Source: an uncultured Alphaproteobacteria bacterium (GTDB lineage Bacteria; Pseudomonadota; Alphaproteobacteria; HIMB59; GCA-002718135). Taken from it: a DNA stretch of 64,000 nucleotides. The position numbers and the translations under genes are program-made. Location of the stretch: the NCBI GenBank assembly GCA_902621725.1, contig CACNND010000001.1:83726-147725 (forward strand), read 5' to 3'. Within the stretch, counting starts at the first letter, position 1; every line of letters begins with the position of its first letter. Shown here one piece after another: positions 19,635 to 29,982 of the stretch. Under the pieces are notes generated by a model. The model ran no database searches. It was not told the DNA's origin and was given only the letters and a program-made list of their open reading frames with translations.

Positions 19635-22565
19635 ATGACAAATACAATTCAAATTCTCTCAATTGAGAAGACAGGGAAAGAAAGTTCTCTGCAAAAAGAA
19701 CACAACAATAAATCTATCAAAATTATAGATGGATATTTCTTTTCTACAAATCTAGATGATCGAAAATTTAATAAGATAAGTAAACTTATATCTAATGAAG
19801 TTTCTCAAGTAATATTAACTAGAAAAAATGTAAATACAGTTTTATCTAAATATAGTAATTTTAACTGGGTCGTAGAAATAAAATATTTACCAGGTGTGAC
19901 TGATAATATTGCTACAACTGTAAAAGAAATAATTAATAATAATCTAAAAAATAGTTTTAAAAGCTTTGAACTTGGTTCAACAAAAATTATTTTAATAAAA
20001 GGACGAAAAGAAGATATTTCCAAAATATCCAAAAATGAAGCAAATCCATTAATTCAAACAATAAAGATTTATCCATTTAAAAAATATTTAAATAATTTCA
20101 AAAGAAATCAATTTAAAATAGAAAAGGTTAAATTGCCGAAAAAAAAATACACTAAAAAAGAAATTAATTTAGATATCTCTGATCATAATCTTAGTCTTAT
20201 TGGAAAACTTGGTATTGAAGAAAATGATAAATCTAGAAGAGGAACACTTGGTCTAGATCTAGAATCTTTAAAAGCAATAAGAAATTATTTTTCCATTATA
20301 AAACGTAAACCAACTGATATAGAAATTGAAACATTAGCACAAACCTGGTCAGAGCACTGTAAACACAAAATATTTTCAGCTAAAATTGATGATATTCAAG
20401 AAGGTATATTTAAAAGATACATTAAAGGTGCTACTGAAAAAATTATTCAATTAAGAAAAGATAATTTTTGTGTCTCACTTTTTACAGATAATGCTGGTGG
20501 AATAGAATTTAATAAAGATTGGATAATTTGTCATAAAGTTGAGACACATAATACGCCTTCAGCCTTAGACCCATTTGGAGGAGCAATCACTGGAATTGTT
20601 GGTGTTAATAGGGATTGTCTTGGGTTTGGAAAAGGAGCAAAACCTATAGCTAATACTTATGCATATTATTTGGCAGACCCGAATAAAAACTATCAATTGT
20701 ACCGTCAAAAAAATAATAAGGATCCAATGCTTCCAGCAAGTTTTATTGCTAAGGGCATTATTAGTGGTGTTAGAGTTGGGGGAAATTGTTCAGGTATTCC
20801 AACTCCACAAGGTAATGTGTATTTTGATGACCGATTTGCTGGAAAACCACTCGTATTTTGTGGAACAGTTGGGATTATTCCAAAAAAGATAAAAGGGAAA
20901 CTATCGCATAAGAAAAAAGCTAATCCTGGAGATATCATTCTCATGGTTGGGGGTAGAGTTGGAAAAGACGGTATTCATGGTGCAACATTTTCATCAGAGG
21001 AATTAGATCCTAATAGTCCAGTGACTGCTGTACAAATTGGTGACCCTATAACACAGAAGAAAATGTCTGATGTAATCATTAGAGAATTACGCGACGAAAA
21101 TCTGTACTCAAGTATAACTGATAATGGTGCTGGAGGATTATCATCATCAATAGGAGAGATGGCAAAAGAGAGTGGTGGTTTTATAGTTAACCTTGAAAAG
21201 GTTCCTCTAAAATATAAAGGATTATATCCTTGGGAGATTTGGATTTCTGAATCTCAAGAAAGAATGACACTAGCAGTACCCCCAGATAATGTTAATAAAG
21301 TTATAAAAAAATTTAATACAAGAGGTGTTGAAGCAACAATAATTGGTAAATTTATTAAAAAAGAAAAAGCCATAGTAAAATATAATAAAACTCAAATTCT
21401 CAATTTAGATATGGAATTTCTTCATGAAGGTTATCCTAAATTAAATTTAAAAACATCTTTTCCAAGAATTAATAAAGAAAAGAAAAAAATAATTAAAAAA
21501 AGTTCTTTAACTTATAAATTACATAAACTTCTCTCTAGTCCAAATATTGTATCAAAAGAATTTATAGCCACACAATATGATCATGAAGTACAAGCAACTT
21601 CTATTGTAAAACCATTACAAGGCGAAGGTAGAGTTTTTGGAAATGCTACGGCCATTAAACCTCTGTTTAATGATGAAAAATCAATTGCTCTTTCTCAAGC
21701 TGCTTATCCTCAATTCGCTGAAACAAATCCTTATGACATGGCTGGATGCTCTATTGATACAGCATTTAAAAATTTAATTGTAAGTGGTGCTAATTCGAAA
21801 AAAATTGCAATTCTTGACAATTTTTGTTGGTGTAGCTCTGATGAAACTGATCGATTGTATCAATTAAAAGAAGCTGCAAGAGGATGCTATGATTACGCGG
21901 TTGCCTACCAAACACCCTTCATATCAGGTAAAGATAGTATGTATAATGATTTTAAAGGTTTCGATAAAGATAGTAAGTCTATCAAAATTTCAATACCTCC
22001 TACATTACTAATTTCCTCGATAGGAGTAGTAGATAAAATTTCACATTTAACAAAAATAACACCAGATAAAGATGATAAGATTTTTCTATTAGGTAAGACA
22101 AACAATGAATTAAAGCATAGTGTTTACGATAAAATCATAGGAGTTAGAAAAACAAATTTACCAAATGTTGATAATAAAACTGCACTAAAAACTTATAAAA
22201 ATTTTGAAAAAGCTAACAAATTAAAAATTATTAATTCAGCAATTGGTGTCGATTTGGGTGGAGTTGGAATTGCAATTTCTAAGATGGCAATAGCTTCTAA
22301 AAAAGGTTTATTCATTGATCTAAAATCAAAAAATAAAAACTCTGTTGATCAATTTTTGTTTTCTGAAACTCAAAGTAGAATACTTGTTTCTATTAAAAAA
22401 AGTAAATTACAAAAATTTAAAAAGATATTTAAAGATTCAAATTATGTTTGTATTGGTAAATGTACTGGCTCAGATTTGATTGAATTTAAAAATGGAAATA
22501 AAATAATTAAAAGCAAAATTGAAGATTTATCAAAATCATATAAACAAAATATCAAAGGTCTATGA
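19635..22565 (+). CDS. purL: FGAM synthase, synthetase subunit with a large-PurL-type N-terminal domain (no glutaminase domain)
   Basis: 976 aa. The conserved AQTWSEHCKHKIF motif lies near residue 235 rather than near residue 40 as in small PurL. The N-terminal 200 aa or so are therefore extra, as in single-chain large PurL. Confidence 0.9.
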   Translation: MTNTIQILSIEKTGKESSLQKEHNNKSIKIIDGYFFSTNLDDRKFNKISKLISNEVSQVILTRKNVNTVLSKYSNFNWVVEIKYLPGVTDNIATTVKEIINNNLKNSFKSFELGSTKIILIKGRKEDISKISKNEANPLIQTIKIYPFKKYLNNFKRNQFKIEKVKLPKKKYTKKEINLDISDHNLSLIGKLGIEENDKSRRGTLGLDLESLKAIRNYFSIIKRKPTDIEIETLAQTWSEHCKHKIFSAKIDDIQEGIFKRYIKGATEKIIQLRKDNFCVSLFTDNAGGIEFNKDWIICHKVETHNTPSALDPFGGAITGIVGVNRDCLGFGKGAKPIANTYAYYLADPNKNYQLYRQKNNKDPMLPASFIAKGIISGVRVGGNCSGIPTPQGNVYFDDRFAGKPLVFCGTVGIIPKKIKGKLSHKKKANPGDIILMVGGRVGKDGIHGATFSSEELDPNSPVTAVQIGDPITQKKMSDVIIRELRDENLYSSITDNGAGGLSSSIGEMAKESGGFIVNLEKVPLKYKGLYPWEIWISESQERMTLAVPPDNVNKVIKKFNTRGVEATIIGKFIKKEKAIVKYNKTQILNLDMEFLHEGYPKLNLKTSFPRINKEKKKIIKKSSLTYKLHKLLSSPNIVSKEFIATQYDHEVQATSIVKPLQGEGRVFGNATAIKPLFNDEKSIALSQAAYPQFAETNPYDMAGCSIDTAFKNLIVSGANSKKIAILDNFCWCSSDETDRLYQLKEAARGCYDYAVAYQTPFISGKDSMYNDFKGFDKDSKSIKISIPPTLLISSIGVVDKISHLTKITPDKDDKIFLLGKTNNELKHSVYDKIIGVRKTNLPNVDNKTALKTYKNFEKANKLKIINSAIGVDLGGVGIAISKMAIASKKGLFIDLKSKNKNSVDQFLFSETQSRILVSIKKSKLQKFKKIFKDSNYVCIGKCTGSDLIEFKNGNKIIKSKIEDLSKSYKQNIKGL

Positions 22566-23326
22566 GAGTTTTAGTATTATCAGGTTATGGTATTAATTGT
22601 GAAGATGAAACAATGCATTCATTTGAAGTTGTAGGATTCAAAGGAAATATTGTGCATATTAATGATCTTATAAATAATCCAAAACAATTAGATAATTACC
22701 AAGTATTTGCTATTCCTGGAGGTTTTTCTTATGGTGATGATACAGGCTCAGGGAATGCAATGGCAAAAAAAATTATGATCAAACTCTATGATCAACTTAT
22801 AGAGTTCATATCAAAAGATAAGTTAATGATAGGAATTTGTAATGGATGTCAAATATTGATAAATCTTGGATTAGTGCCAGGCATTTACACAAATGATCCT
22901 GAAGTAGCGATGATTGAAAATAAATCTGGAAATTATGAATGTAGATGGATAGATGTAAAAGTAGCTGATAATAAATCACCATGGCTTAAAAATATTACTA
23001 CTTTAAATTTGCCAATAGCACATCAAGAAGGTCAATTTATGATACCCTTAAATGTACTTAAAAGTGTAAAAAATAAAAAATTGATCGGTTTACAATATAT
23101 TAATAAGAAAAAAAAATTAGCAAAAGGAAAATTTCCTTTTAATCCTAATGGATCTCAAGATGATATAGCTGCTCTAACTAATAAAAAAGGTAATGTTCTT
23201 GCAATGATGCCTCATCCTGAAAGAGCTTTTTATAACTATCATGTTCCTAATTGGCAAAATGACTCTTCAAAAAAATTTGGAGATGGATATGAAATTTTTA
23301 TAAATGCAAAGAAATACTTTTTATAA
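22562..23326 (+). CDS. purQ: FGAM synthase, glutamine amidotransferase subunit
   Basis: GICNGCQIL nucleophile elbow and MPHPER. 4-nt ATGA overlap with purL. Confidence 0.9.
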   Translation: MRVLVLSGYGINCEDETMHSFEVVGFKGNIVHINDLINNPKQLDNYQVFAIPGGFSYGDDTGSGNAMAKKIMIKLYDQLIEFISKDKLMIGICNGCQILINLGLVPGIYTNDPEVAMIENKSGNYECRWIDVKVADNKSPWLKNITTLNLPIAHQEGQFMIPLNVLKSVKNKKLIGLQYINKKKKLAKGKFPFNPNGSQDDIAALTNKKGNVLAMMPHPERAFYNYHVPNWQNDSSKKFGDGYEIFINAKKYFL

Positions 23327-24376
23327 CTATAGCGCCATTTCTACTATTTTTTTCATAACTGTCGGTAATCCAGATTTTAAATAAGTAGATTTTTTAATCC
23401 AAGTTGCTTTTGATAATTTTGCTTTTTTAACACAACCATAAAAAATTTCAGTTTCTAAATCAAAGTGACTAAATGAATATTCAAATGATCCTTTAGTTAT
23501 TAATTTAGATTTTAAATTTTTAATTATATGATCAGTAGACAATAATTTTTTATCTTCTACCCAAGTATCATTTGGGACCTCAAGCATTTTTGCCAACATA
23601 CCTTTATCAGATCTATTTCTAACTAGAATTTCATTATCCTCATTAATAATTACATAAGCACGGGTATATTTAATTGGTTTATTATTTTTCTTTTTTAATT
23701 TTACTGGAATTTTATTTTGTAGATTTCTTTTATAAGATTGACAAAATTTATTGATACCACAATCATAACATTTCGGGTTTCTAGGAAGACAAACTATAGA
23801 CCCATAATCCATAAAAGATTGAATTAGGTTAGAGGAATTGTTTTGTGACCTAAAGTTATTTGCTAAAATTTTAAGTTTTTTTTTTACTTGATTAATAGGG
23901 ATATCTATAGCGTATAGTCTTGCTAAAATTCTTTCAATGTTTGCATCAATTGGCATTACAGATTTATTAAAAGCAATACCAAGAATAGCGTTTGCTGTGT
24001 AATCACCAACTCCTGGGAGTTTAATTAGATCATTATATGATTGAGGTATTTTATTTTTGAAATTATTTTTGATCAATTTAGCTGATTTTAGTAAATTTCT
24101 AGCTCTTGAATAATAGCCTAGACCTGACCAGAATTTCAAAATTTGAGGTTCGTTTGCTTGAGCAAGATTATTTAATGTTGGCCACCTTAAAATAAAATTT
24201 TTAAACTTATTGTTAACTGTATTTACAGTAGTTTGTTGAAGCATATATTCACTAACAAAAACAAAATACGGATTTAGTAGATTATTTTTATTTACTTTTC
24301 GCCAAGGTAATATTCTTGCGTGTAATGAGTACCATTCTATTAAGAATTTTTTTACTTGTTTTTCTTGTTTAAACAT
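23327..24376 (-). CDS. mutY: A/G-specific adenine DNA glycosylase
   Basis: HhH-GPD motif (LPGVGDYTANAIL), LGYYSRARNL, a 4-Cys Fe-S cluster loop, and a C-terminal NUDIX-like domain. Confidence 0.9.
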   Translation of the reverse strand: MFKQEKQVKKFLIEWYSLHARILPWRKVNKNNLLNPYFVFVSEYMLQQTTVNTVNNKFKNFILRWPTLNNLAQANEPQILKFWSGLGYYSRARNLLKSAKLIKNNFKNKIPQSYNDLIKLPGVGDYTANAILGIAFNKSVMPIDANIERILARLYAIDIPINQVKKKLKILANNFRSQNNSSNLIQSFMDYGSIVCLPRNPKCYDCGINKFCQSYKRNLQNKIPVKLKKKNNKPIKYTRAYVIINEDNEILVRNRSDKGMLAKMLEVPNDTWVEDKKLLSTDHIIKNLKSKLITKGSFEYSFSHFDLETEIFYGCVKKAKLSKATWIKKSTYLKSGLPTVMKKIVEMAL

Positions 24377-24415
24377 ATTGCTTTCATAATTAGGTACTAT
24401 AAATTAATTATGTAT

Positions 24416-24937
24416 ATGAATAAAAAAAATAACAAGATAAAAAGGGGTTTTATTCCACAATCAATTGGAGATGTAGTCAAAAAAATAAACAAAAAATTTA
24501 CATCTAAATTTGGAAAGTACGAGTTTATAATTCATTCTAATTGGTCAAATATTGTTGGCATCTATTTTTCAAAATTTTCAGAGCCAAAAAGTTTAACTCG
24601 ACTACCTGATTTTGAAAATGAACATGGAGAGAAGGTTTATAAAAACTTACTAAATGTAAATGTTGCACCAGCTGCCGCACTCGAATTTCAACATTATAAA
24701 AATACAATTTTAGAAAAAATAAATAGCTATATAGGATATAAAGCAATTATAGACTTGAGAATTTATCAAAACTACATACCTAAAGTAAATGAAAATAATA
24801 AAATTTATTCAAAAACAATGCAATTGAATCAAAATGAGAAAAATTCTATTAATAATAAGGTTACAAAAATGAAAAATAATGATTTAAAATCATCTCTAAC
24901 TGATTTAGGTGAATATATTACAAAAAATACAAAATGA
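24416..24937 (+). CDS. DUF721 (DciA-like) domain protein
   Basis: IPQSIGDVVKKI...HSNWSNIVG matches the DUF721 N-terminal pattern. The position between mutY and dsbA-smc is conserved alphaproteobacterial synteny. I prefer the ATG at 24416 (or 24410) over the track start at 24356, which overlaps mutY. Confidence 0.6.
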   Translation: MNKKNNKIKRGFIPQSIGDVVKKINKKFTSKFGKYEFIIHSNWSNIVGIYFSKFSEPKSLTRLPDFENEHGEKVYKNLLNVNVAPAAALEFQHYKNTILEKINSYIGYKAIIDLRIYQNYIPKVNENNKIYSKTMQLNQNEKNSINNKVTKMKNNDLKSSLTDLGEYITKNTK

Positions 24938-25551
24938 TAGAAGCCGTAAGAAACATACTAATAACTATATTTGTTTTATCTTTTACTACGAGTATTTCAT
25001 CTAACGAACATTCTGAGTTAATTATTAAAGATAACGATTTTTTTATAGGCGATGAAGATGCGCCAGTAACCATCATTGAATATGCTTCCATGTCATGTAG
25101 TCACTGTGCTGATTTCCATAATGATACTTTAGACGAGCTTAAAAAAGAGTATATTGATACTGGAAAAGTCAAATTTGTTTTTAGAGACTTTCCTTTTAAT
25201 TACCCTGCATTAGCAGGGAGTATGATGATGAGATGTGTACCAAATGATGTAAGATATGATTATATGAATGCCTTGTATAAACTGCAGAAAAATTGGGTTG
25301 TAAGAGATAATACTAAGACAAAATCAGAATTATATAAAATTATGCAAAGTGGTGGAATGCTACAAGATGAATTTGATGCTTGTTTAAGCGATCAAAATAT
25401 GGAAAATGATATACTTGAAGGCGTTATGAATGCTCAAAGGGAATTCAATATTAGATCAACGCCAACATTTATCATAAATGGTATCATTTATTCTGGAAAC
25501 AAAAATATAAAAGAGTTTAGACAAATCATCGATAAAATATTATCACAATAA
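24934..25551 (+). CDS. DsbA-family thiol:disulfide oxidoreductase (periplasmic)
   Basis: N-terminal hydrophobic anchor or signal and a CSHC active site in a thioredoxin fold. Confidence 0.8.
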   Translation: MIEAVRNILITIFVLSFTTSISSNEHSELIIKDNDFFIGDEDAPVTIIEYASMSCSHCADFHNDTLDELKKEYIDTGKVKFVFRDFPFNYPALAGSMMMRCVPNDVRYDYMNALYKLQKNWVVRDNTKTKSELYKIMQSGGMLQDEFDACLSDQNMENDILEGVMNAQREFNIRSTPTFIINGIIYSGNKNIKEFRQIIDKILSQ

Positions 25552-25554
25552 TTA

Positions 25555-28200
25555 ATGATTAATTTTAGGACACTTAAAGTCAAAGGCTTTAAGTCATTTG
25601 TTGAACCAACTGAAATACTCATAGAAAATGGTCTAACCGGTATCGTAGGTCCTAACGGTTGTGGCAAATCTAATCTTGTTGAGGCATTTAGATTTGTTAT
25701 GGGCGAACTTTCTCCAAAACAAATGAGGGGAAGTGAGCTAGATGATGTTATTTTTAATGGAACTGACAATAGACCCGCTTGGGATATAGCTGAAGTTACT
25801 ATTGATTTAGATAATAAAGAAAGAAAGGCCCCAAGTATATTTAATGAAAATGACAATATAGAAGTTACAAGAAGAATATGGCGTGGAGAAGGTTCAGAAT
25901 ACAGGGTAAATGGTAAAGAAGTTAGATTGAAGGATGTTCAATTATTGTTTGCAGATGCAGCAACAGGTGCACGATCAACATCTATGGTTAGCCAGGGAAG
26001 GATAGGTGCAATTATAGCTGCTAAACCTGAACAGAGAAGAACATTGCTTGAAGAAGCAGCTGGTATAACAGGTCTTCATTCAAGACGACATGAAGCTGAG
26101 TTACGCTTGAATGCAACAGAAAATAATCTTGAACGTGTAAAAGATGTCTTAAAAGCTCAAGATGAACAACTTACAATACTAAAAAAACAATCTAAACAAG
26201 CTGAAAGATACAAATATATTCAAAAAGATATTACAAAAGCTAGAGCTAGATTGTTTTATAAGAAATGGATTGATGAGAAAGATCGATTAAAAAATGCAAA
26301 TGTAAAAATTGAAACTGAAACTAATTTGGTAAACGATCAAACACAAGTTGTTGCACAAATAAATGTAGATTTTGAAAAAGTTCAAGAAAGTCTTCCAAAC
26401 CTCCGTTTACAAGAAAGTAAAGTTGCAGCAGAATTACAAAAAAATTCTATTAGTCTAGAGAATCAGGAAAAGGAGATTGAAAGAGCTAATATTGCTGTAG
26501 ATGAAACAAAAGTAAGAATAGAACAAATAAAAAATGATATTGATAGAGAGAAGTTTTTATTTGAAGATGCAAAGCAAAATCTAGAAAGAGTAAGGGAAGA
26601 AAAATCTATTTTGCTAAAACAGCAAGGTGATCTTTTTTTACAATCGGATGATCAATTAGATAATGAAACGGTTTCAAATAAAAAAAACAACAATCCAATT
26701 ATAGATTACATAGATTTTGAAGATGGTCTTGAACAAGCAATTGCAGCAGTTTTTTCAGACGAATTAATTGCATCTATTGATGAGGAACAAATTAGTTTTT
26801 GGAGAAAATTAGATGTTGAAGAATCTTCCTTTAATTCTGAAATTATAAAATTCTCTTCTTTGATAAATGCTCCAGAAAATCTCAAAAAAAAATTAGAATT
26901 TGTTGGATTAATTGAAAATAAAGACAATATTTTAGAAATTCAGAAAAAATTAAAGCCAGGTCAAATAATAGTTAGTAAACTTGGAGAAATTTGGAGGTGG
27001 GACGGATATGTCTCCAAAGGTAAACAAAACAACTCAACTAAGGCTATATTAGATCAATTAAAGAATAGGCGAATAAAACAATTAAGTAATGAAGAAAAAC
27101 AATGGAACGATATTTCAGATAAAGCTAATCAAAGAATACAAGAGCTAAATTCAAGAGAAAATACACTTATAAGTGAATTATCAAATCTCCTAGCTATTCC
27201 AGATGATGTTTCGAATCAAAAATTAAAAATACAAAACATGATTGATGAAAATAAATTATCTTATGAACAAATAGCTGAAAAACTTCGTCAAACTGAACAA
27301 GATGCAAATGTAATAAATAAAAAATTAAAGTTAGAAGAAATTAAACTAAATGAACTTAGGGAAGAAAGAATTAGAACTGAGGGTCAAATTAATACAATTA
27401 AAGAAGCAATTAAATTACTTTCCACTCAAGTTAAAGAGAGGTTGGGAATTGAATTAGAAGAGCTTTATAATATTGGAGAAATAAATCCAAATAAAACTTT
27501 AAGTGAGATAGAGGATTTAGAAAAAAAACTAGAAAGACTTATTTCTGAACAAGAACGGCTTGGTGGTGTTAATCTTTTAGCGGAACAAGAAGCTAAAGAT
27601 CTAGAAGATAAAGTAAATACAATTAAAAAAGATCAAAATGATCTTATAAGTGCAATCGCTAAATTAAGAGAAGCTATTGATTCACTTAATAAAGAAGGTA
27701 GACAAAGATTACTTGCTGCTTACGGCATAGTAAATGAAAACTTCCAAAAATTATTTACTCGTTTATTTGGAGGAGGTAAAGCATATCTTAAATTTACAGA
27801 TGAAAGTGATCCATTGCAGGCAGGATTGGATATATTTGCAAGCCCTCCAGGAAAAAAATTACAAAACCTAAATTTATTATCAGGAGGTGAGCAGGCACTT
27901 ACAGCTTTATCACTATTATTTGCTGTTTTCTTATCTAACCCAGCTCCAATATGTGTACTTGATGAGGTTGATGCCCCTTTAGATGATACAAATGTTGATA
28001 GATTTTGTTCATTAGTTGAGGAAATAGCAAAAACATCTTCAACCAAATTCTTAGTTATTACTCACCATAGAATGACAATGGCCAGGGTAAATAGATTATT
28101 TGGTGTTACTATGCCTGAGAAAGGTGTATCACAATTAGTCTCCGTTGATCTTGAAAAAGCAATAGAGATAAAAGAACAAGATACTTCAAATGAACTATAA
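25555..28200 (+). CDS. smc: SMC chromosome partition protein (short form, 881 aa)
   Basis: Walker A GPNGCGKSN, signature LSGGEQAL, Walker B VLDEVDAPLD, and long coiled-coil-type heptad regions around a reduced central hinge. Confidence 0.9.
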   Translation: MINFRTLKVKGFKSFVEPTEILIENGLTGIVGPNGCGKSNLVEAFRFVMGELSPKQMRGSELDDVIFNGTDNRPAWDIAEVTIDLDNKERKAPSIFNENDNIEVTRRIWRGEGSEYRVNGKEVRLKDVQLLFADAATGARSTSMVSQGRIGAIIAAKPEQRRTLLEEAAGITGLHSRRHEAELRLNATENNLERVKDVLKAQDEQLTILKKQSKQAERYKYIQKDITKARARLFYKKWIDEKDRLKNANVKIETETNLVNDQTQVVAQINVDFEKVQESLPNLRLQESKVAAELQKNSISLENQEKEIERANIAVDETKVRIEQIKNDIDREKFLFEDAKQNLERVREEKSILLKQQGDLFLQSDDQLDNETVSNKKNNNPIIDYIDFEDGLEQAIAAVFSDELIASIDEEQISFWRKLDVEESSFNSEIIKFSSLINAPENLKKKLEFVGLIENKDNILEIQKKLKPGQIIVSKLGEIWRWDGYVSKGKQNNSTKAILDQLKNRRIKQLSNEEKQWNDISDKANQRIQELNSRENTLISELSNLLAIPDDVSNQKLKIQNMIDENKLSYEQIAEKLRQTEQDANVINKKLKLEEIKLNELREERIRTEGQINTIKEAIKLLSTQVKERLGIELEELYNIGEINPNKTLSEIEDLEKKLERLISEQERLGGVNLLAEQEAKDLEDKVNTIKKDQNDLISAIAKLREAIDSLNKEGRQRLLAAYGIVNENFQKLFTRLFGGGKAYLKFTDESDPLQAGLDIFASPPGKKLQNLNLLSGGEQALTALSLLFAVFLSNPAPICVLDEVDAPLDDTNVDRFCSLVEEIAKTSSTKFLVITHHRMTMARVNRLFGVTMPEKGVSQLVSVDLEKAIEIKEQDTSNEL

Positions 28201-28474
28201 AAATAAAAATTTAGAAGAATTAGGAAAAAAAATTAATAATTTAAACAATCAAAACAAACCTGATATCAAAAAAAAAGAGAGTGGTGCTGGTTTTGGATTT
28301 AAAATTAGTACTGAAATTATTGCTGCACTAGTTGTTGGAGTTGGAATTGGGCTTATTGTGGATAATTATTTTAATACTAAACCAATAGGGTTAATTATTT
28401 TCTTCATATTTGGCGCATTAGCTGGATTTTTAAACGTTTATCGTGTAATGCGTCGCATTGAAAAGCAAAGGTAA
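28190..28474 (+). CDS. atpI: AtpI/AtpZ-like F0F1 ATP synthase accessory protein
   Basis: 94 aa with two TM helices, and it is the first gene of the atp F0 operon. Overlaps the smc 3' end by 11 nt. Confidence 0.6.
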   Translation: MNYKNKNLEELGKKINNLNNQNKPDIKKKESGAGFGFKISTEIIAALVVGVGIGLIVDNYFNTKPIGLIIFFIFGALAGFLNVYRVMRRIEKQR

Positions 28475-28495
28475 TTTGAATATTCAATAACTATT

Positions 28496-29230
28496 ATGGC
28501 CGCAAAAGATAGTCCGCTTAAACAGTTCGAAATAGATCCAATATCTAATATTGAACTTGGTGGCTATAATATTTCATTTACAAATTCATCTTTTGCAATG
28601 CTAATTACAGTTCTAGTAATTACCCTTTTCTTAACATTAACAGTTAACACAAGATCAATAATTCCTTCAAGGATGCAACTTATTTCCGAATTGATGTATA
28701 ATTTTATTGCTCAATTACTCTCTGATACAGTTGGAGATAATGGAAAAAGGTATTTCCCATTTGTATTCTCTTTATTCATGTTTGTTTTAATTGGAAATAT
28801 GGTTGGTATGATACCATACCAATTTACTTTCACGAGCCACATTATTGTTACATTTGCTTTAGCAGCCGTTGTATTCATAGGTGTAACTATTCTTGGATTT
28901 ATCAATCATGGTATTAAATTTTTTACTTTCTTTTATATACCAGGTGTACCATTTTACATGCATCCACTCCTAATTCCTATCGAAGTAATTTCTTATTTAT
29001 CTAGACCTATAAGTTTATCAGTTAGATTATTTGCAAACATGCTAGCGGGTCACACACTACTAAAAGTATTTGCAGGCTTTGTTGTTTCAATGCCATTTTT
29101 TACGGGAGTTTTTCCTCTAGCTTTTATTGTAGCTTTAACAGGATTAGAAATTTTAATTGCCTTTTTGCAAGCATATGTGTTTGCAATACTGACGTGTTTA
29201 TATATTAACGATGCTTATCATTTACATTAA
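28496..29230 (+). CDS. atpB: F0 ATP synthase subunit a
   Basis: LSVRLFANMLAGH motif carrying the essential Arg. Confidence 0.95.
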   Translation: MAAKDSPLKQFEIDPISNIELGGYNISFTNSSFAMLITVLVITLFLTLTVNTRSIIPSRMQLISELMYNFIAQLLSDTVGDNGKRYFPFVFSLFMFVLIGNMVGMIPYQFTFTSHIIVTFALAAVVFIGVTILGFINHGIKFFTFFYIPGVPFYMHPLLIPIEVISYLSRPISLSVRLFANMLAGHTLLKVFAGFVVSMPFFTGVFPLAFIVALTGLEILIAFLQAYVFAILTCLYINDAYHLH

Positions 29231-29248
29231 TTTAAAATAGGAGGACTT

Positions 29249-29473
29249 ATGGAAATTGAAGCAGCAAAAGTAATCGGAGCGGGTCTAGCCGTTATCGGTG
29301 TTATTGGATCAGGTATTGGAATTGGGAATATTTTCTCATCTTTTATTCAAGCAGTTGGAAGAAATCCAGCAGCAAGAGGTGAGGTTTTTACAATGACAAT
29401 GTTAGGTTTTGCATTAGTTGAAGCAATTGCACTTTTCGCGCTAGTTATTGCGTTAGTTATTTTGTTTGGATAG
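29249..29473 (+). CDS. atpE: F0 ATP synthase subunit c
   Basis: 74-aa hairpin proteolipid with the GRNP loop and a carboxylate in helix 2 (ALVEAIALF). Strong AGGAGG SD upstream. Confidence 0.95.
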   Translation: MEIEAAKVIGAGLAVIGVIGSGIGIGNIFSSFIQAVGRNPAARGEVFTMTMLGFALVEAIALFALVIALVILFG

Positions 29474-29490
29474 AACGTAATAATTAATTA

Positions 29491-29982
29491 ATGCCTCAAT
29501 TAAATCCAGAGTTTTTTGTTTCACAGCTCTTTTGGTTAGCTGTATTCTTTACTTTTCTGTTTGTGTTTTTATGGAGGGTTTCTCTTCCAAGAATAGCTAC
29601 AGTTTTAGAGAAGAGACAAAATAAAATAGATGAGAATTTATCTTCAGCAAAAGAGCTTCAAGAACAGGCAATGGAAATTGAAAGAAAAATTAATGATCAA
29701 ATCAGTAAGGCTAAACTAGAAACAGATGAGAAAATTAAAGAAACAATCAATGCTTTACAAGAGGATGTTTCTTCTCAACTTTCTTCACTTGATAAAGATT
29801 TAGAAAAAAAAGTTTCTGATGCAGAAAAAGAAATTTTAAAAAGTAAAGATGATCAAATGAAAAATATTAACAATGAAATAGCTAACATTACAAAACTGAC
29901 TGTTGGGAAAATTACAGATGTAGAGTTGTCAGATAATGAAATTAATAAAGTTATTGAAACAAGTAAAGGTAGTTTTAACTAA
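29491..29982 (+). CDS. atpF2: F0 ATP synthase subunit b'
   Basis: Single N-terminal TM helix followed by a long charged helix. It is the first of two b-type genes, as in the alphaproteobacterial atpIBE(b')(b) order. Confidence 0.8.
   Translation: MPQLNPEFFVSQLFWLAVFFTFLFVFLWRVSLPRIATVLEKRQNKIDENLSSAKELQEQAMEIERKINDQISKAKLETDEKIKETINALQEDVSSQLSSLDKDLEKKVSDAEKEILKSKDDQMKNINNEIANITKLTVGKITDVELSDNEINKVIETSKGSFN

Noticed and set aside
25488-25856. 122-aa ORF antisense to the smc 5' end. ORFs 24537..24746, 26706..26927, 27720..28046, 28711..28905, 31575..31877 and 32780..33028 are similar.
   Set aside because: Shadow ORFs opposite well-supported genes (DUF721, smc, atpB, thrB, rnhA/yceI).
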